Position numbers and translations under genes: made by a program. 32,170 nucleotides of DNA from Acetobacteraceae bacterium (GTDB lineage Bacteria; Pseudomonadota; Alphaproteobacteria; Acetobacterales; Acetobacteraceae): contig DAHWDR010000257.1 of assembly GCA_027330745.1 (NCBI GenBank), positions 1 through 32,170 on the forward strand, given 5' to 3'. The notes beneath the pieces are model-generated. The model ran no database searches. It had not been told where the DNA came from and saw nothing but the letters and a program-made list of their open reading frames with translations. Of the stretch, positions 9,229 through 18,173 are shown piece after piece. How positions within the stretch are numbered: position 1 is the stretch's first letter; the number at the start of each line of letters is the position of its first letter.

Positions 9229-10433
9229 GGCGTGGTCTCCCCGGTTGGATCGGAGCCGGAGCCCCCCGTCCCGGAGCGCCCCGTCCCGGAGCCCCCCGTC
9301 ATGGCTGGGCTTGACCCAGCCATCCGCGCACCGGCCGCGCCCGCCGCGACGCTGGCGCGCCCGGATAAGGGCGTCCGCGAGTCCCCCGCCGCCGCATCCG
9401 TCGGCGCGCGACCCGAGGTGGGCGCGGTCCCCGGGTGGATGGCCGGGTCAAGCCCGGCCATGACGGGTGTTTGCACGGCGGGCGTGTCCGCGGCGGGTGT
9501 GTGCGCGACCGGGGACGGCGCAGCGCCGTGCTGGCCCAGGCGGCGGATTTCCCATTCCAGCCGGACGCCGGTCGCGGCGAACACGCGCCGGCGCAGCTCT
9601 TCGCCCAGACCTTCCAGGTCGGCCGCCGTCGCGGCCCCGGTGTTGATCAGGAAATTGCAGTGCTTCTCGGACACCATCGCGCCGCCGCGGGTCAGGCCGC
9701 GGCAGCCGGCGGCATCGATCAGCTCCCACGCCTTCTGGTGCGGCGGGTTGCGGAACGTGGACCCGCCGGTGCGCGCGCGGACCGGCTGGCTCGCTTCCCG
9801 CGCCGCCCGGATCTCGGTCATTCGCGCCGCGATCGCCGCCGTTGTCCCGGGGCGCGCCCGCAGCCGCGCGCGGACCACCGCCGCGCCATGCGGCAGCCGC
9901 GCGTGGCGATAGGCGAAGGCCAGATCCGCCGCCGCCAGTCGCACCAGCGCGCCGGAGCGCGTGACCATCTCGGCCCAGTCCAGCACCGAGGCGATGTCGC
10001 CGCCATACGCGCCGGCGTTCATCGCCACCGCCCCGCCGATCGTCCCCGGCACGCCGCACAGGAACTCCAGTCCCGCCAGACCGGCCGCCGCCGCGTGTTC
10101 CGCCACCGTCGCGTCCAGTGCGCCGGCGCCGGCCACCACCCCGTCCGCCTCGATCGCGACGGCCGTGAATCCGCGTGCCAGCCGCACCGTCACCCCGGGA
10201 ATGCCGCCGTCGCGGAGGATCAGGTTGGAGCAAGCACCCAGCACATGCACCGGGATCTCGGGCGCCAGCGTGCCCAGGAACGCGCCCAGATCGGCCGCGT
10301 CGGCCGGGCGGATCAACACCTCGGCCGGCCCGCCGACGCGGAACCAGGCCGTCCCGGCCAGAGGCGCGTCGTGCTGCACCCGCCCGCGCAATGGCGGCAG
10401 ATCGAAACCCGCGACGCGCGCGGCGGCCATCAT
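9225..10433 (-). CDS. murB: UDP-N-acetylenolpyruvoylglucosamine reductase MurB with a repeat-derived C-terminal extension of about 100 aa
   Basis: The MurB core runs from FRVGGPAE through [18 protein letters not shown] and [10 protein letters not shown], ending near 9534. The reading frame then continues with no stop through 9533..9228 (low-complexity sequence plus REP palindromes) to a TGA that overlaps the ddl ATG. Confidence 0.9.
   Translation of the reverse strand: MMAAARVAGFDLPPLRGRVQHDAPLAGTAWFRVGGPAEVLIRPADAADLGAFLGTLAPEIPVHVLGACSNLILRDGGIPGVTVRLARGFTAVAIEADGVVAGAGALDATVAEHAAAAGLAGLEFLCGVPGTIGGAVAMNAGAYGGDIASVLDWAEMVTRSGALVRLAAADLAFAYRHARLPHGAAVVRARLRARPGTTAAIAARMTEIRAAREASQPVRARTGGSTFRNPPHQKAWELIDAAGCRGLTRGGAMVSEKHCNFLINTGAATAADLEGLGEELRRRVFAATGVRLEWEIRRLGQHGAAPSPVAHTPAADTPAVQTPVMAGLDPAIHPGTAPTSGRAPTDAAAGDSRTPLSGRASVAAGAAGARMAGSSPAMTGGSGTGRSGTGGSGSDPTGETTP
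9256..9300. repeat. 3 x 15-nt tandem repeat (CCGGAGC[C/G]CCCCGTC)
   Basis: Units are at 9256..9270, 9271..9285 and 9286..9300, directly abutting REP palindrome P1. In the murB frame they read [15 protein letters not shown]. Confidence 0.85.
9301..9323. repeat. REP-like 23-nt palindrome P1 (ATGGCTGGG-CTTGA-CCCAGCCAT)
   Basis: 9-bp perfect stem with a 5-nt loop. With its flanks it reads GTCATGGCTGGGCTTGACCCAGCCATCCGC. Translations (VMAGLDPAI / ..MAGSSPAMT..) match the peptide signatures I recall from alphaproteobacterial REP-derived spurious ORFs. Confidence 0.7.
9439..9461. repeat. REP-like 23-nt palindrome P2 (ATGGCCGGG-TCAAG-CCCGGCCAT), inverted relative to P1
   Basis: Same family as P1 in the opposite orientation; its loop TCAAG is the reverse complement of CTTGA. 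It lies 115 nt from P1. The + strand frame reads [11 protein letters not shown] and the murB frame reads [10 protein letters not shown]. Confidence 0.7.
9462..9506. repeat. 3 x 15-nt imperfect tandem repeat (G[A/G]CGGG[T/C]GT[T/G]T[G/C]C[A/G]C)
   Basis: Units are at 9462..9476, 9477..9491 and 9492..9506, directly abutting P2 on its outer side. This mirrors the arrangement at P1. The murB frame reads [15 protein letters not shown]. Confidence 0.7.
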
Positions 10434-11905
10434 GGCAGCGCTCCCGTGCGTCGCGCGCCGCCCGGGCCAGGGGCATTGCCCGGCGCTTTACCCACTTGGG
10501 CCTGCAACGCGGCCAGCTCAGCCGGCAGCGTCGCGGCCCATTGCGTGATGTTCCCCGCGCCCAGGCAAACCACGTAATCGCCCGGGCGCGCGATCGCGAA
10601 CACCATCTCGGCCAACCGCGCCGGCGATGACAGTGGCACCACCGAGCGATGCCCGCGCGCGCGCAAGCCCTCCACCAGCGCGTCGCGGTTCACGCCCGGG
10701 ATCGGCGCTTCGCCGGCTGGATACACATCCGCCACGATCACCGTCCCGGCGTCGTTCATGCACGCGCAGAACTCGGGGAACAGCGATTGCAGACGAGAAA
10801 ACCGGTGCGGCTGCACCACCGCGACCACGTTCTTCGCCCCCGCCTGACGCGCGGCTTTCAGGACCGCGGCGATCTCCACCGGATGGTGGCCGTAATCGTC
10901 GATCACGGTGATCCCGCCGGCCTCGCCGGTGCGGGTGAAGCGGCGCTTCACGCCGGCAAAGCCGGCAAACGCGCTGCGCAGCGTGTCGGCGTCGATCATC
11001 ATCTCGACGCCCACGGCCACCGCGGCCAGCGCGTTCTGCACGTTGTGGCTGCCCAGCATCGGCAGGCGGAATGGACCCATCTGGCGGGTGCGGTTGCGGA
11101 TCCGGTCCGTCACCGTCACGTGGAACGTGGCGCCCCGGCTGTCCGCGCGCAGTTGTTCCGCCCGCACATCGGCCTGCGGGCTGAAGCCGTAGGTGATGAT
11201 GCGCCGGTCCGCCAGGCGCGGGATCATCTGCTGCACGCCGGGATGGTCGATGCACAGGACCGCGAAACCGTAGAACGGGATGTTGGCGACGAACTGATCG
11301 TAGCCCGCCACCATCGCCTCGGCCGTGCCCCAATGGTCCAGATGCTCGGGGTCCATGTTGGTGACCACGGCGATCACGGCGGGCAGGCGGAGGAAACTGC
11401 CGTCGCTTTCGTCGGCCTCCACCACCATCCATTCGCCCTGGCCCATGCGGGTGTTGGAGCCGTAGGCGTTGATGATCCCGCCATTGATGACGGTGGGATC
11501 GAGCTTGGCCGCTTCCAGCACTGCGGCGATCAGCGACGTGGTAGTGGTCTTGCCATGGGTGCCGCCGACCGCGATCGACCATTTCAGGCGCATCAGCTCG
11601 GCCAGCATTTCGGCCCGGCGCACCACCGGCAGGAAGCGGGCGCGGGCGGCGGCCACTTCCGGGTTGTCGCGCTTCACGGCTGAGGAGATCACCACCACCT
11701 GCGCGTCGCCCAGATGGGCCGCGTCATGGCCGATGGAGACCGCGATCCCGGCATCGCGCAGCCGGCGCACATTGGTGGAATCGGCGATATCGCTGCCCTG
11801 GACGCGGTATCCCAGCGTGTGCAGCACCTCGGCGATGCCTGACATGCCGATGCCGCCGATGCCGACGAAATGGATCGTGCCGATGGAAAGCGGCAGCGCC
11901 CTCAT
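10430..11905 (-). CDS. murC: UDP-N-acetylmuramate--L-alanine ligase
   Basis: Contains [28 protein letters not shown] and DDYGHHP. The ATG at 11905 overlaps the murG stop (ATGA), and the stop overlaps the murB ATG (ATGA). Confidence 0.95.
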   Translation of the reverse strand: MRALPLSIGTIHFVGIGGIGMSGIAEVLHTLGYRVQGSDIADSTNVRRLRDAGIAVSIGHDAAHLGDAQVVVISSAVKRDNPEVAAARARFLPVVRRAEMLAELMRLKWSIAVGGTHGKTTTTSLIAAVLEAAKLDPTVINGGIINAYGSNTRMGQGEWMVVEADESDGSFLRLPAVIAVVTNMDPEHLDHWGTAEAMVAGYDQFVANIPFYGFAVLCIDHPGVQQMIPRLADRRIITYGFSPQADVRAEQLRADSRGATFHVTVTDRIRNRTRQMGPFRLPMLGSHNVQNALAAVAVGVEMMIDADTLRSAFAGFAGVKRRFTRTGEAGGITVIDDYGHHPVEIAAVLKAARQAGAKNVVAVVQPHRFSRLQSLFPEFCACMNDAGTVIVADVYPAGEAPIPGVNRDALVEGLRARGHRSVVPLSSPARLAEMVFAIARPGDYVVCLGAGNITQWAATLPAELAALQAQVGKAPGNAPGPGGARRTGALP

Positions 11906-13116
11906 GGCACGCTCTCCCCGGCGCCGACGCGCAGCACCAGGTCGGCCAGGCGCTCGGCCGCGTCGGCGCGCGACAGGGCGAACGCGGCGGCGGCGGCGCG
12001 GGTGCGGCGGTCGGGATCGGACAGCCACGCGGTCAACGCGCGCGACAGCGCAAGCGCGTCCAGCCCGGCCTGATCCAGACGCTCGGCTGCGCCGGCCGCG
12101 ACCAGCGGGATGGTGTTGGCGCGCTGGTGGTCGTCGATCGCGCCCGGCAACGGAACCAGCAGCGACGGGCGCCCGACCGTGGCGATCTCGGCGATGGTCG
12201 AGGCGCCGGCGCGCGCCACCACCAGCTGCGTATTCGCCAGAAGCGCGCCGATATCGGCGAAGAACGGTGCCAGGGTCGCGCGCACGCCGGCTGCGTCATA
12301 GGCGGCGCGCACCCGGTCGAGATCCTCGGCGCGGCATTGCTGGGTCACCGCGAGGCGCGCCCGCAGCGGCGCCGCCAGCAGTGCCACCGCTGCCGGCACC
12401 AGGTCCGCGAACACCCGCGCCCCCAGCGATCCGCCCAGCACCAGCAGCGACAGCGGCGGGCCGGGGACGTAGCGCGCGCCGGCATGAGCCAGGATTCCGG
12501 CGCGCACCGGATTGCCGGTCACGACGACGGCAACCTGCGCCGGCACCAGGGCGGTATCGGCGAAGCTCAGTGCCAGACAGGCGGCGCGACGGACCAGCAG
12601 GCGGTTCGCCCGCCCCAGCACCGCGTTCTGTTCGTGCAACACCACCCTGGGACGCGGGCGCGAGAGGAACGCGCCGAGCGCCGGCGCCACCGACGGGTAG
12701 CCGCCGAATCCCACCACCGCCTGCGCGTCGAGGCCGCGCAGCAGGCCGCGCGCGCGCCAGCCGCCCCAGGTCAGCGCGCAGGCAGCCGCGACGCCACGCC
12801 GCAGGCCGCGTCCGGCGATCCCGGCACCGGGGAGCACATGCACATCCAGCCCGGCGAAGGCGGCGCTGGCCGCCGCCCGCGTATCGGTCATCAGCACCAC
12901 CGGTTCGCCGCGCGCGGCCAGCGCGGCGGCCAGCGCCTCGGCCGGGAACAGATGCCCGCCGGTCCCGCCGGCGGCGATCACCACCGGCCTGCCGCAGCTT
13001 CGCGCCTGCGGTTGCGGAAGCCGGCGCGGGCGCGGACCGCGCGCGCCGAAATCCGATGCCTGCGCGCCCGCCAGCGGCGGGGAGAAGCGTTCGGCCATGA
13101 CGGTGGGGCCGCTCAT
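11902..13116 (-). CDS. murG: undecaprenyldiphospho-muramoylpentapeptide beta-N-acetylglucosaminyltransferase MurG
   Basis: Contains [26 protein letters not shown], and the ...[11 protein letters not shown]...G.P..LVP motif. The ATG at 13116 overlaps the ftsW stop (ATGA), and the 44 codons before the G-loop have coding-like GC3. The alternative GTG at 12984/12981 would give a canonical protein of about 360 aa. Confidence 0.9.
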   Translation of the reverse strand: MSGPTVMAERFSPPLAGAQASDFGARGPRPRRLPQPQARSCGRPVVIAAGGTGGHLFPAEALAAALAARGEPVVLMTDTRAAASAAFAGLDVHVLPGAGIAGRGLRRGVAAACALTWGGWRARGLLRGLDAQAVVGFGGYPSVAPALGAFLSRPRPRVVLHEQNAVLGRANRLLVRRAACLALSFADTALVPAQVAVVVTGNPVRAGILAHAGARYVPGPPLSLLVLGGSLGARVFADLVPAAVALLAAPLRARLAVTQQCRAEDLDRVRAAYDAAGVRATLAPFFADIGALLANTQLVVARAGASTIAEIATVGRPSLLVPLPGAIDDHQRANTIPLVAAGAAERLDQAGLDALALSRALTAWLSDPDRRTRAAAAAFALSRADAAERLADLVLRVGAGESVP

Positions 13117-14234
13117 AGCGATTCCCCCCGCACCCGCCGCCGGCTCAGCGCCAGCAACATGCCGACCTCCAACGCCGAGGCGAGCGCCGAGGACCCGCCA
13201 TAGGAAATGAACGGCAGCGTCATCCCCTTGGTCGGGATCATCGCCAGCGCCGAGGCCATGTTCACGAACGCCTGCAACCCGAACGCCGCGAGCAGTCCGG
13301 TGCAGGCCAGCACGATGAACGGGTCGGTCTCGTGGAGCACCCGCCACATCCCGCGCAGCACGATGAAGGCGAACACCAGCGGGATCAGCGCGGTGAAGAT
13401 CAGGCCGATCTCCTCGCCGGCGACGGCAAAGATGAAATCGGCGTGGGCGTCGGGCAGCTGATCCTTGATCCGCCCTTCGCCCAGGCCGCGGCCCAGCAGG
13501 CCGCCATGGCCGAACGCTTCCAGCGCGGTCTTGATCTGATAGGTGTGCGGGCCGTGCGGGTGCAGGAACTCGGCGACGCGCAGGCGCACATGGCCGAACA
13601 TCAAATAGGCGGCGATCGCCAGCCCCACCATCGCCAGCAGCGCCAGCGCCACCGCGGCCAGGTTCAGCCCATCCACAAAGAACTGCACGAACAGCACCGC
13701 GGTGATTACCGCGGCCATGCCCACATCGGGCTGTTCCTTCAGCAGGAACATGATCACCAGCCAGATCGCGCAGGCGATCACGCCGCCCGGGAAGCGCGGA
13801 TTGCGCCGCCGCTCCGCCAGCAGCCAGGCGGCTACCACGGCGAAGCACGGTTTGAGGAACTCGCTGGGTTGCACCGCGAATCCGGGGAAGCGAATCCAGC
13901 GCCGCGCGCCGAGTACCTCCATGCCGATTGCCAGGGTCGCGGCGGTCAGGATCAGCGCCACGATCCCGCCCACCAGTGCCAGCCGCCGCACATCGCGCGG
14001 CGTCAGCATCGAGATCGCGAGCATGGCAACCAGCCCGGCCAGCAGGAACACCACCTGCTTGGCCAGCAGGTGATAGCGCGGATCGCCCAACCGGGCGGCC
14101 GCGGACGGCGCGGCGGCCAGCGCCAGCAGATAGCCGAAGCCGAACAGCACCCCCACCGCGCCGAGCGAGGCGTGATCGACGGTCCACCACCAGCGGCCCA
14201 GCACGGAATTGTCGGCACGCGAGACGGTCATCAC
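13113..14234 (-). CDS. ftsW: peptidoglycan glycosyltransferase FtsW (SEDS family)
   Basis: Polytopic membrane protein with QPSEF.K, PDAHADFIFAV.GEE.G and LPFISYGGSS motifs. The start is either GTG 14234 (GTGA overlap with the murD stop) or ATG 14231. Confidence 0.93.
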   Translation of the reverse strand: MMTVSRADNSVLGRWWWTVDHASLGAVGVLFGFGYLLALAAAPSAAARLGDPRYHLLAKQVVFLLAGLVAMLAISMLTPRDVRRLALVGGIVALILTAATLAIGMEVLGARRWIRFPGFAVQPSEFLKPCFAVVAAWLLAERRRNPRFPGGVIACAIWLVIMFLLKEQPDVGMAAVITAVLFVQFFVDGLNLAAVALALLAMVGLAIAAYLMFGHVRLRVAEFLHPHGPHTYQIKTALEAFGHGGLLGRGLGEGRIKDQLPDAHADFIFAVAGEEIGLIFTALIPLVFAFIVLRGMWRVLHETDPFIVLACTGLLAAFGLQAFVNMASALAMIPTKGMTLPFISYGGSSALASALEVGMLLALSRRRVRGESL

Positions 14235-15730
14235 GCGGTCTCCGTCTGCGGCAGGGCGCCAGCGAGGGCGGCGAAGCGCACACCGCGCGCCTCGAACCCC
14301 GCGAACTGGTCGAAGCTGGCGCAGGCGGGCGAGAGCAGCACCACCGGCGCGGCCTGCGCGCGGGCGGCGGCGAGGGCGGCCGGAACCGCCGCCTCCAGCG
14401 TGTCCACCACGCGATGCGCGACGCCGGCGCCCGCAAGGGTTTCGGCCAGCACCGGGCCGTCGCGGCCGATCAGGAACGCCGCTTCGATGCGCGGGAAGAA
14501 CGGGGCGAGTGCTGCGATCCCGCCCGCCTTGGCGATGCCGCCGGCGATCCAGATCAGGCGCGGGTAGCAGGCCAGCGCGCGCGCCGCGGCATCGGCGTTG
14601 GTGGCCTTGCTGTCGTCGATGAAGCGCACGGCGCCGATCCGCGCGACCTCGCGCTGGCGGTGCGGCAGGCCGGGGAAGCGCATGATCGCGCGCGCCACCG
14701 CGGCGCGGTCGGCACCGAGGTGCAGCGCAATCGCGCAGGCGGCCGCGGCGTTCTGCGCGTTATGCGTGCCGGGCAAGGAAAATGCGTCGTTCAGGTCCAG
14801 CACCGGTCCCACCGCGTCGCGCAGCACCGAGCCAATGGCGGAGACGTCGGCCGCGCCCTCACCCGAGACCGTGACCAGCCGCGCCGGGCCGCCACGCAGC
14901 CCATCGGCCATGGCGCGGGAGGGAGCGTCGTCGATCCCGATCACCGCCAGGTCGGCGGATGTTTGGCGCGCGAACACCTGGCGCTTGGCCGCGGCATAGC
15001 CCGCCATGTCGCCGTGTCGGTCCAGATGGTCGGGCGAGAGATTCAGCATCGCCGCGACAGCGAAGCGCATGGTTTCGAGTCGCTCCAACATGTAGCTCGA
15101 CATTTCCAGGACATAGACGCCGCCATCTGCCAGCAGCGGCAGCGACAGCGCCGCCGGCCCCAGATTGCCGCCGGCGGCGCAGGCGATCCCGGTCTCGGTC
15201 AGGATATGGGCGAGCAGCGCGGTGGTGGTGGATTTGCCGTTGGTCCCGGTGATGCCGACGAAGCGGGTGGCGGATCCGGCGGCGCGCACGGCACGGAACA
15301 GCAGCTCGGCATCCGACAGGATCGGCACGCCGGCGGCGATCGCGCGCGCAGCGGCCGGATGCGGCGCGGGCAGACCATGCGGGATGCCGGGGGACAGGAT
15401 CAGGGCGTCCAGCGGCGCATCCCATGCGGCGGGATCGACCACGGCGACCCGCCCCCGCTTTGCGGGGGGAGAAGGCTGGGGTGAGGGGGGACGCGCGGGC
15501 GGGACGCCGCCCCGGCAAAAGGAGTCGGGGGCCGCTTCTCCTCCCTCACCCCAGCCCTCTCCCCCCGCGAAGCGCGGGGAGAGGGAACTGCGCCGCGCGG
15601 GATCATCGTCCCAGGCCAGCACGTCGGCGCCCATCGCCGCCAGCGCGGCGACCGCGGCGGCGCCGTTGCGCCCCAGTCCCAGCACCGCGAAGCGGCGTCC
15701 CGCGAACAGATCCCGGGGGAAGCCGCTCAT
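14231..15730 (-). CDS. murD: UDP-N-acetylmuramoylalanine--D-glutamate ligase MurD, carrying an in-frame repeat-derived insertion
   Basis: Contains [28 protein letters not shown] and DDSKATN. The ATG at 15730 overlaps the mraY stop (ATGA). At 499 aa it is about 45-55 aa longer than typical MurD because of the insertion at 15437..15596. Confidence 0.93.
   Translation of the reverse strand: MSGFPRDLFAGRRFAVLGLGRNGAAAVAALAAMGADVLAWDDDPARRSSLSPRFAGGEGWGEGGEAAPDSFCRGGVPPARPPSPQPSPPAKRGRVAVVDPAAWDAPLDALILSPGIPHGLPAPHPAAARAIAAGVPILSDAELLFRAVRAAGSATRFVGITGTNGKSTTTALLAHILTETGIACAAGGNLGPAALSLPLLADGGVYVLEMSSYMLERLETMRFAVAAMLNLSPDHLDRHGDMAGYAAAKRQVFARQTSADLAVIGIDDAPSRAMADGLRGGPARLVTVSGEGAADVSAIGSVLRDAVGPVLDLNDAFSLPGTHNAQNAAAACAIALHLGADRAAVARAIMRFPGLPHRQREVARIGAVRFIDDSKATNADAAARALACYPRLIWIAGGIAKAGGIAALAPFFPRIEAAFLIGRDGPVLAETLAGAGVAHRVVDTLEAAVPAALAAARAQAAPVVLLSPACASFDQFAGFEARGVRFAALAGALPQTETA
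15452..15583. repeat. composite palindromic repeat element lying inside the murD reading frame
   Basis: The left arm is CCCCGCTTTGCGGGGGGAGAAGGCTGGGGTGAGG (15453..15486). The right arm's reverse complement is CCCCGCGCTTCGCGGGGGGAGAGGGCTGGGGTGAGG (15544..15579). The arms are about 31/34 identical with a 2-nt indel and are separated by about 57 nt. Each arm carries its own small hairpin (CCCCGC-TTT-GCGGGG; CTCTCCCC..GCG-AAG-CGC-GGGGAGAG). Confidence 0.6.
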
Positions 15731-16815
15731 CGGATTTTCAACGTCGCCAGGCCGAGCAGGGCCAGGACCATGGAGATGATCCAGAACCGGATCACGATGG
15801 TGGGTTCTGCCCAGCCCTTCTTCTCGAAATGATGATGCAACGGCGCCATCAGGAACACGCGCGTGCCGGTGCGCTTGAACCAGAACACCTGGATGATGAC
15901 GGACACCGTCTCCACCACGAACAGCCCGCCCACGATCGCCAGCACGATCTCGTTCTTGGTCACCACGGCCACCGCGCCCAGCGCGCCGCCCAGCGCCAGA
16001 CTGCCGGTATCGCCCATGAACACCGCCGCCGGTGGCGCGTTGAACCACAGGAAGCCCAGCCCCGCGCCGATCAGCGCCGAGCAGAACACGGTCAGCTCGC
16101 CCGCCCCCGGCACCGGATGCAGCTGCAAGTAATCGGCGAAGATGCGGTTGCCCACCAGATACGCGATCAGCGCGAACACGCCGGCGGCGATGATCGAGGG
16201 CACGATCGCCAGACCGTCCAGCCCGTCGGTCAGATTGACCGCGTTCGAACTGCCCATCATCACCAGCGCGCCGAACACCGGGAAACCCCAGCCCAGCGGG
16301 ATCAGCAAGGTCTTGAACACCGGCAGCGCCAGCGCATCGCCCAGAGTCCCGTCGGTGGTGTGCATGATCCAGGTCGCGGCCAGCAGCCCGATCACCGCCT
16401 GACCCAGCAGCTTCGCCCGCCCCGGCAGGCCGCGATGGTTGCGCCGCGCAAGTTTCAGGTAGTCGTCGGCGAATCCCAGCAGGCCATAGCCGAACGTCAC
16501 GCCCATCACCGCCCAGATGTAGCGGTTGCGCAGATCCACCCACAGCACTGTGGCGCCCAGGGTGGCCAGCAGGATCAGCACGCCGCCCATGGTGGGCGTG
16601 CCGGCCTTCTCGATCAGATGGCGTTCGGGGCCGTCGGCGCGGATCGGCTGGCCCTGGCCCTGGGTGCGGCGCAGCCAGCGGATCAGGCCGGGGCCGATCA
16701 GGAAGCTCATCACCAGCGCGGTCAGGCACGCGGCGCCGGACCGGAACGTGATGTAGTGCACCACGTTGAAGGCCGAGATGTCGCGCGTGAGCGGATGGGC
16801 CAGGGCGAACAGCAT
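15727..16815 (-). CDS. mraY: phospho-N-acetylmuramoyl-pentapeptide transferase
   Basis: 362 aa with [34 protein letters not shown] and [13 protein letters not shown] lies 7 nt upstream of the ATG at 16815, which overlaps the murF stop by 1 nt. Confidence 0.97.
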   Translation of the reverse strand: MLFALAHPLTRDISAFNVVHYITFRSGAACLTALVMSFLIGPGLIRWLRRTQGQGQPIRADGPERHLIEKAGTPTMGGVLILLATLGATVLWVDLRNRYIWAVMGVTFGYGLLGFADDYLKLARRNHRGLPGRAKLLGQAVIGLLAATWIMHTTDGTLGDALALPVFKTLLIPLGWGFPVFGALVMMGSSNAVNLTDGLDGLAIVPSIIAAGVFALIAYLVGNRIFADYLQLHPVPGAGELTVFCSALIGAGLGFLWFNAPPAAVFMGDTGSLALGGALGAVAVVTKNEIVLAIVGGLFVVETVSVIIQVFWFKRTGTRVFLMAPLHHHFEKKGWAEPTIVIRFWIISMVLALLGLATLKIR

Positions 16816-18173
16816 CAGCCCGCCTCCGTCCGGCGCAGGATCGCGGCGACGATCGTCCGCATTCGGCTGCCCAGGCTGCCCTTCACCAGGATCGTGTCGC
16901 CCGCCGTGACCTCGGCCGCAACCAGCGGCGCCAGGGTGGCGGCGTCGGGCGCATACACCACCGGCGGCGTGCCCGGCAGGGCGTTGCGCAGCTGGCGCAT
17001 CTGCGGCCCGCACAGGAAGATGCGATCGGCGCGCAGGGCTTTCGCCAGGGCGGCGTGCTCGGCGGGGCCATGCTCGCCCAGCTCCAGCATGTCCCCCAGT
17101 ATGGCGATGCGCCGCCCCGCTTCCGCGGCCAGCACCGCCAGCGCGGCACGCATGGAGGCGGGGTTGGCGTTGTAGCTTTCGTCCAGCAACAAGACCTCCC
17201 CGCTGGTCATCGTCAGGGTGCGGCGCGCGCCGCGGCCGGGGAGCGGGGCGAACCCGTCCAGCGCAGCGGCGGCGGCGGCGGGCGCTACGCCCAAAGCGGC
17301 GGCGACGGCGAGCGCGGCGAGCGCGTTCTCGGCCATATGCAGGCCCGGGGCGGCCAGGCGCAGCCGGACCGCCACGCCCGCGCAGCACGCTTCGATGCGC
17401 GATCCGGCCGGTTCGGGAGTGAACCGATCCAGCCGGAACGCCGCATCGCGGCCGGCGCCGAAGGTCAGCACCTGCGCGGCGGACGCGGCGGCGCGCAGAA
17501 TCCCGAACTCTGGCGCCGCTTCCGGCAGCACCGCGATCCCGCCGGGTTCCAGCCCCTGGAAGATCGCTGCCTTTTCCGCCGCGATCGCCGCGAGTGTCCC
17601 GAGATGGCCGATATGCGCCGGTGCGATCGCGGTGATCGCCGCCACATGCGGGCGGACCAGCCGCGCGAGCGGGGCGATCTCGCCCGGGTGATTCATGCCG
17701 AGCTCGGCAATGCAGAAGGCGGCGTCCGCCGGCAGGCGCGCCAGCGTCAGCGGCACGCCCCAATGGTTGTTGTATGACGCTTCGGCGGCGTGGGTCGGGC
17801 CAGCGGCTTGCATGATCCGCCGCAGCATTTCCTTGGTGGTGGTCTTGCCGACGCTGCCGGTGACCGCCGCCACGCGCCCGGTAAAGCGCGCCCGCCCGGC
17901 CGCGCCCAGCGCGGTGAGGCCGGCCTGCGTGTCCGCGACGATCAGACAGGCGCCATCGCCGATCGCGCGTTCCGCCAGTGCGCCCCCGGCGCCGCGCGCC
18001 AGCGCGTCGGAGACGAACAGATGCCCGTCGCGATTCTCGCCCTGCAGGGCGACGAAAATCTCACCTGGGGCCACGGCACGAGTGTCGATGGACACGCCGG
18101 TGGCATCGAACCGGCGGGTGAACCGCCCGCCCGTGGCGGCCTCCAATGCCGCGGCGGTCCAGAGCGCGGTCAT
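16815..18173 (-). CDS. murF: UDP-N-acetylmuramoyl-tripeptide--D-alanyl-D-alanine ligase
   Basis: Contains [37 protein letters not shown] and DESYNANP. The ATG at 18173 overlaps the murE stop (ATGA). Confidence 0.93.
   Translation of the reverse strand: MTALWTAAALEAATGGRFTRRFDATGVSIDTRAVAPGEIFVALQGENRDGHLFVSDALARGAGGALAERAIGDGACLIVADTQAGLTALGAAGRARFTGRVAAVTGSVGKTTTKEMLRRIMQAAGPTHAAEASYNNHWGVPLTLARLPADAAFCIAELGMNHPGEIAPLARLVRPHVAAITAIAPAHIGHLGTLAAIAAEKAAIFQGLEPGGIAVLPEAAPEFGILRAAASAAQVLTFGAGRDAAFRLDRFTPEPAGSRIEACCAGVAVRLRLAAPGLHMAENALAALAVAAALGVAPAAAAAALDGFAPLPGRGARRTLTMTSGEVLLLDESYNANPASMRAALAVLAAEAGRRIAILGDMLELGEHGPAEHAALAKALRADRIFLCGPQMRQLRNALPGTPPVVYAPDAATLAPLVAAEVTAGDTILVKGSLGSRMRTIVAAILRRTEAG

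Noticed and set aside
9256-9506. Short tandem repeats (also 21914..21973) as possible CRISPR arrays.
   Set aside because: The units are 15 nt, directly adjacent with no spacers, only 3-4 copies long, and lie inside open reading frames. No cas genes are present.
11469-13100. Many long ORFs in alternate frames or antisense to the called genes, for example 393..1406(+), 2403..4013(+), 4817..6016(+), 11469..13100(+), 13928..15484(+), 15424..17175(+), 17695..19029(+) and 21097..22683(+).
   Set aside because: Their products are Arg/Pro/Gly/Ala-rich low-complexity sequence with no recognisable motifs. Each lies fully over a gene with strong family signatures. Stop codons are rare in DNA of about 70% GC, so such ORFs are expected by chance.
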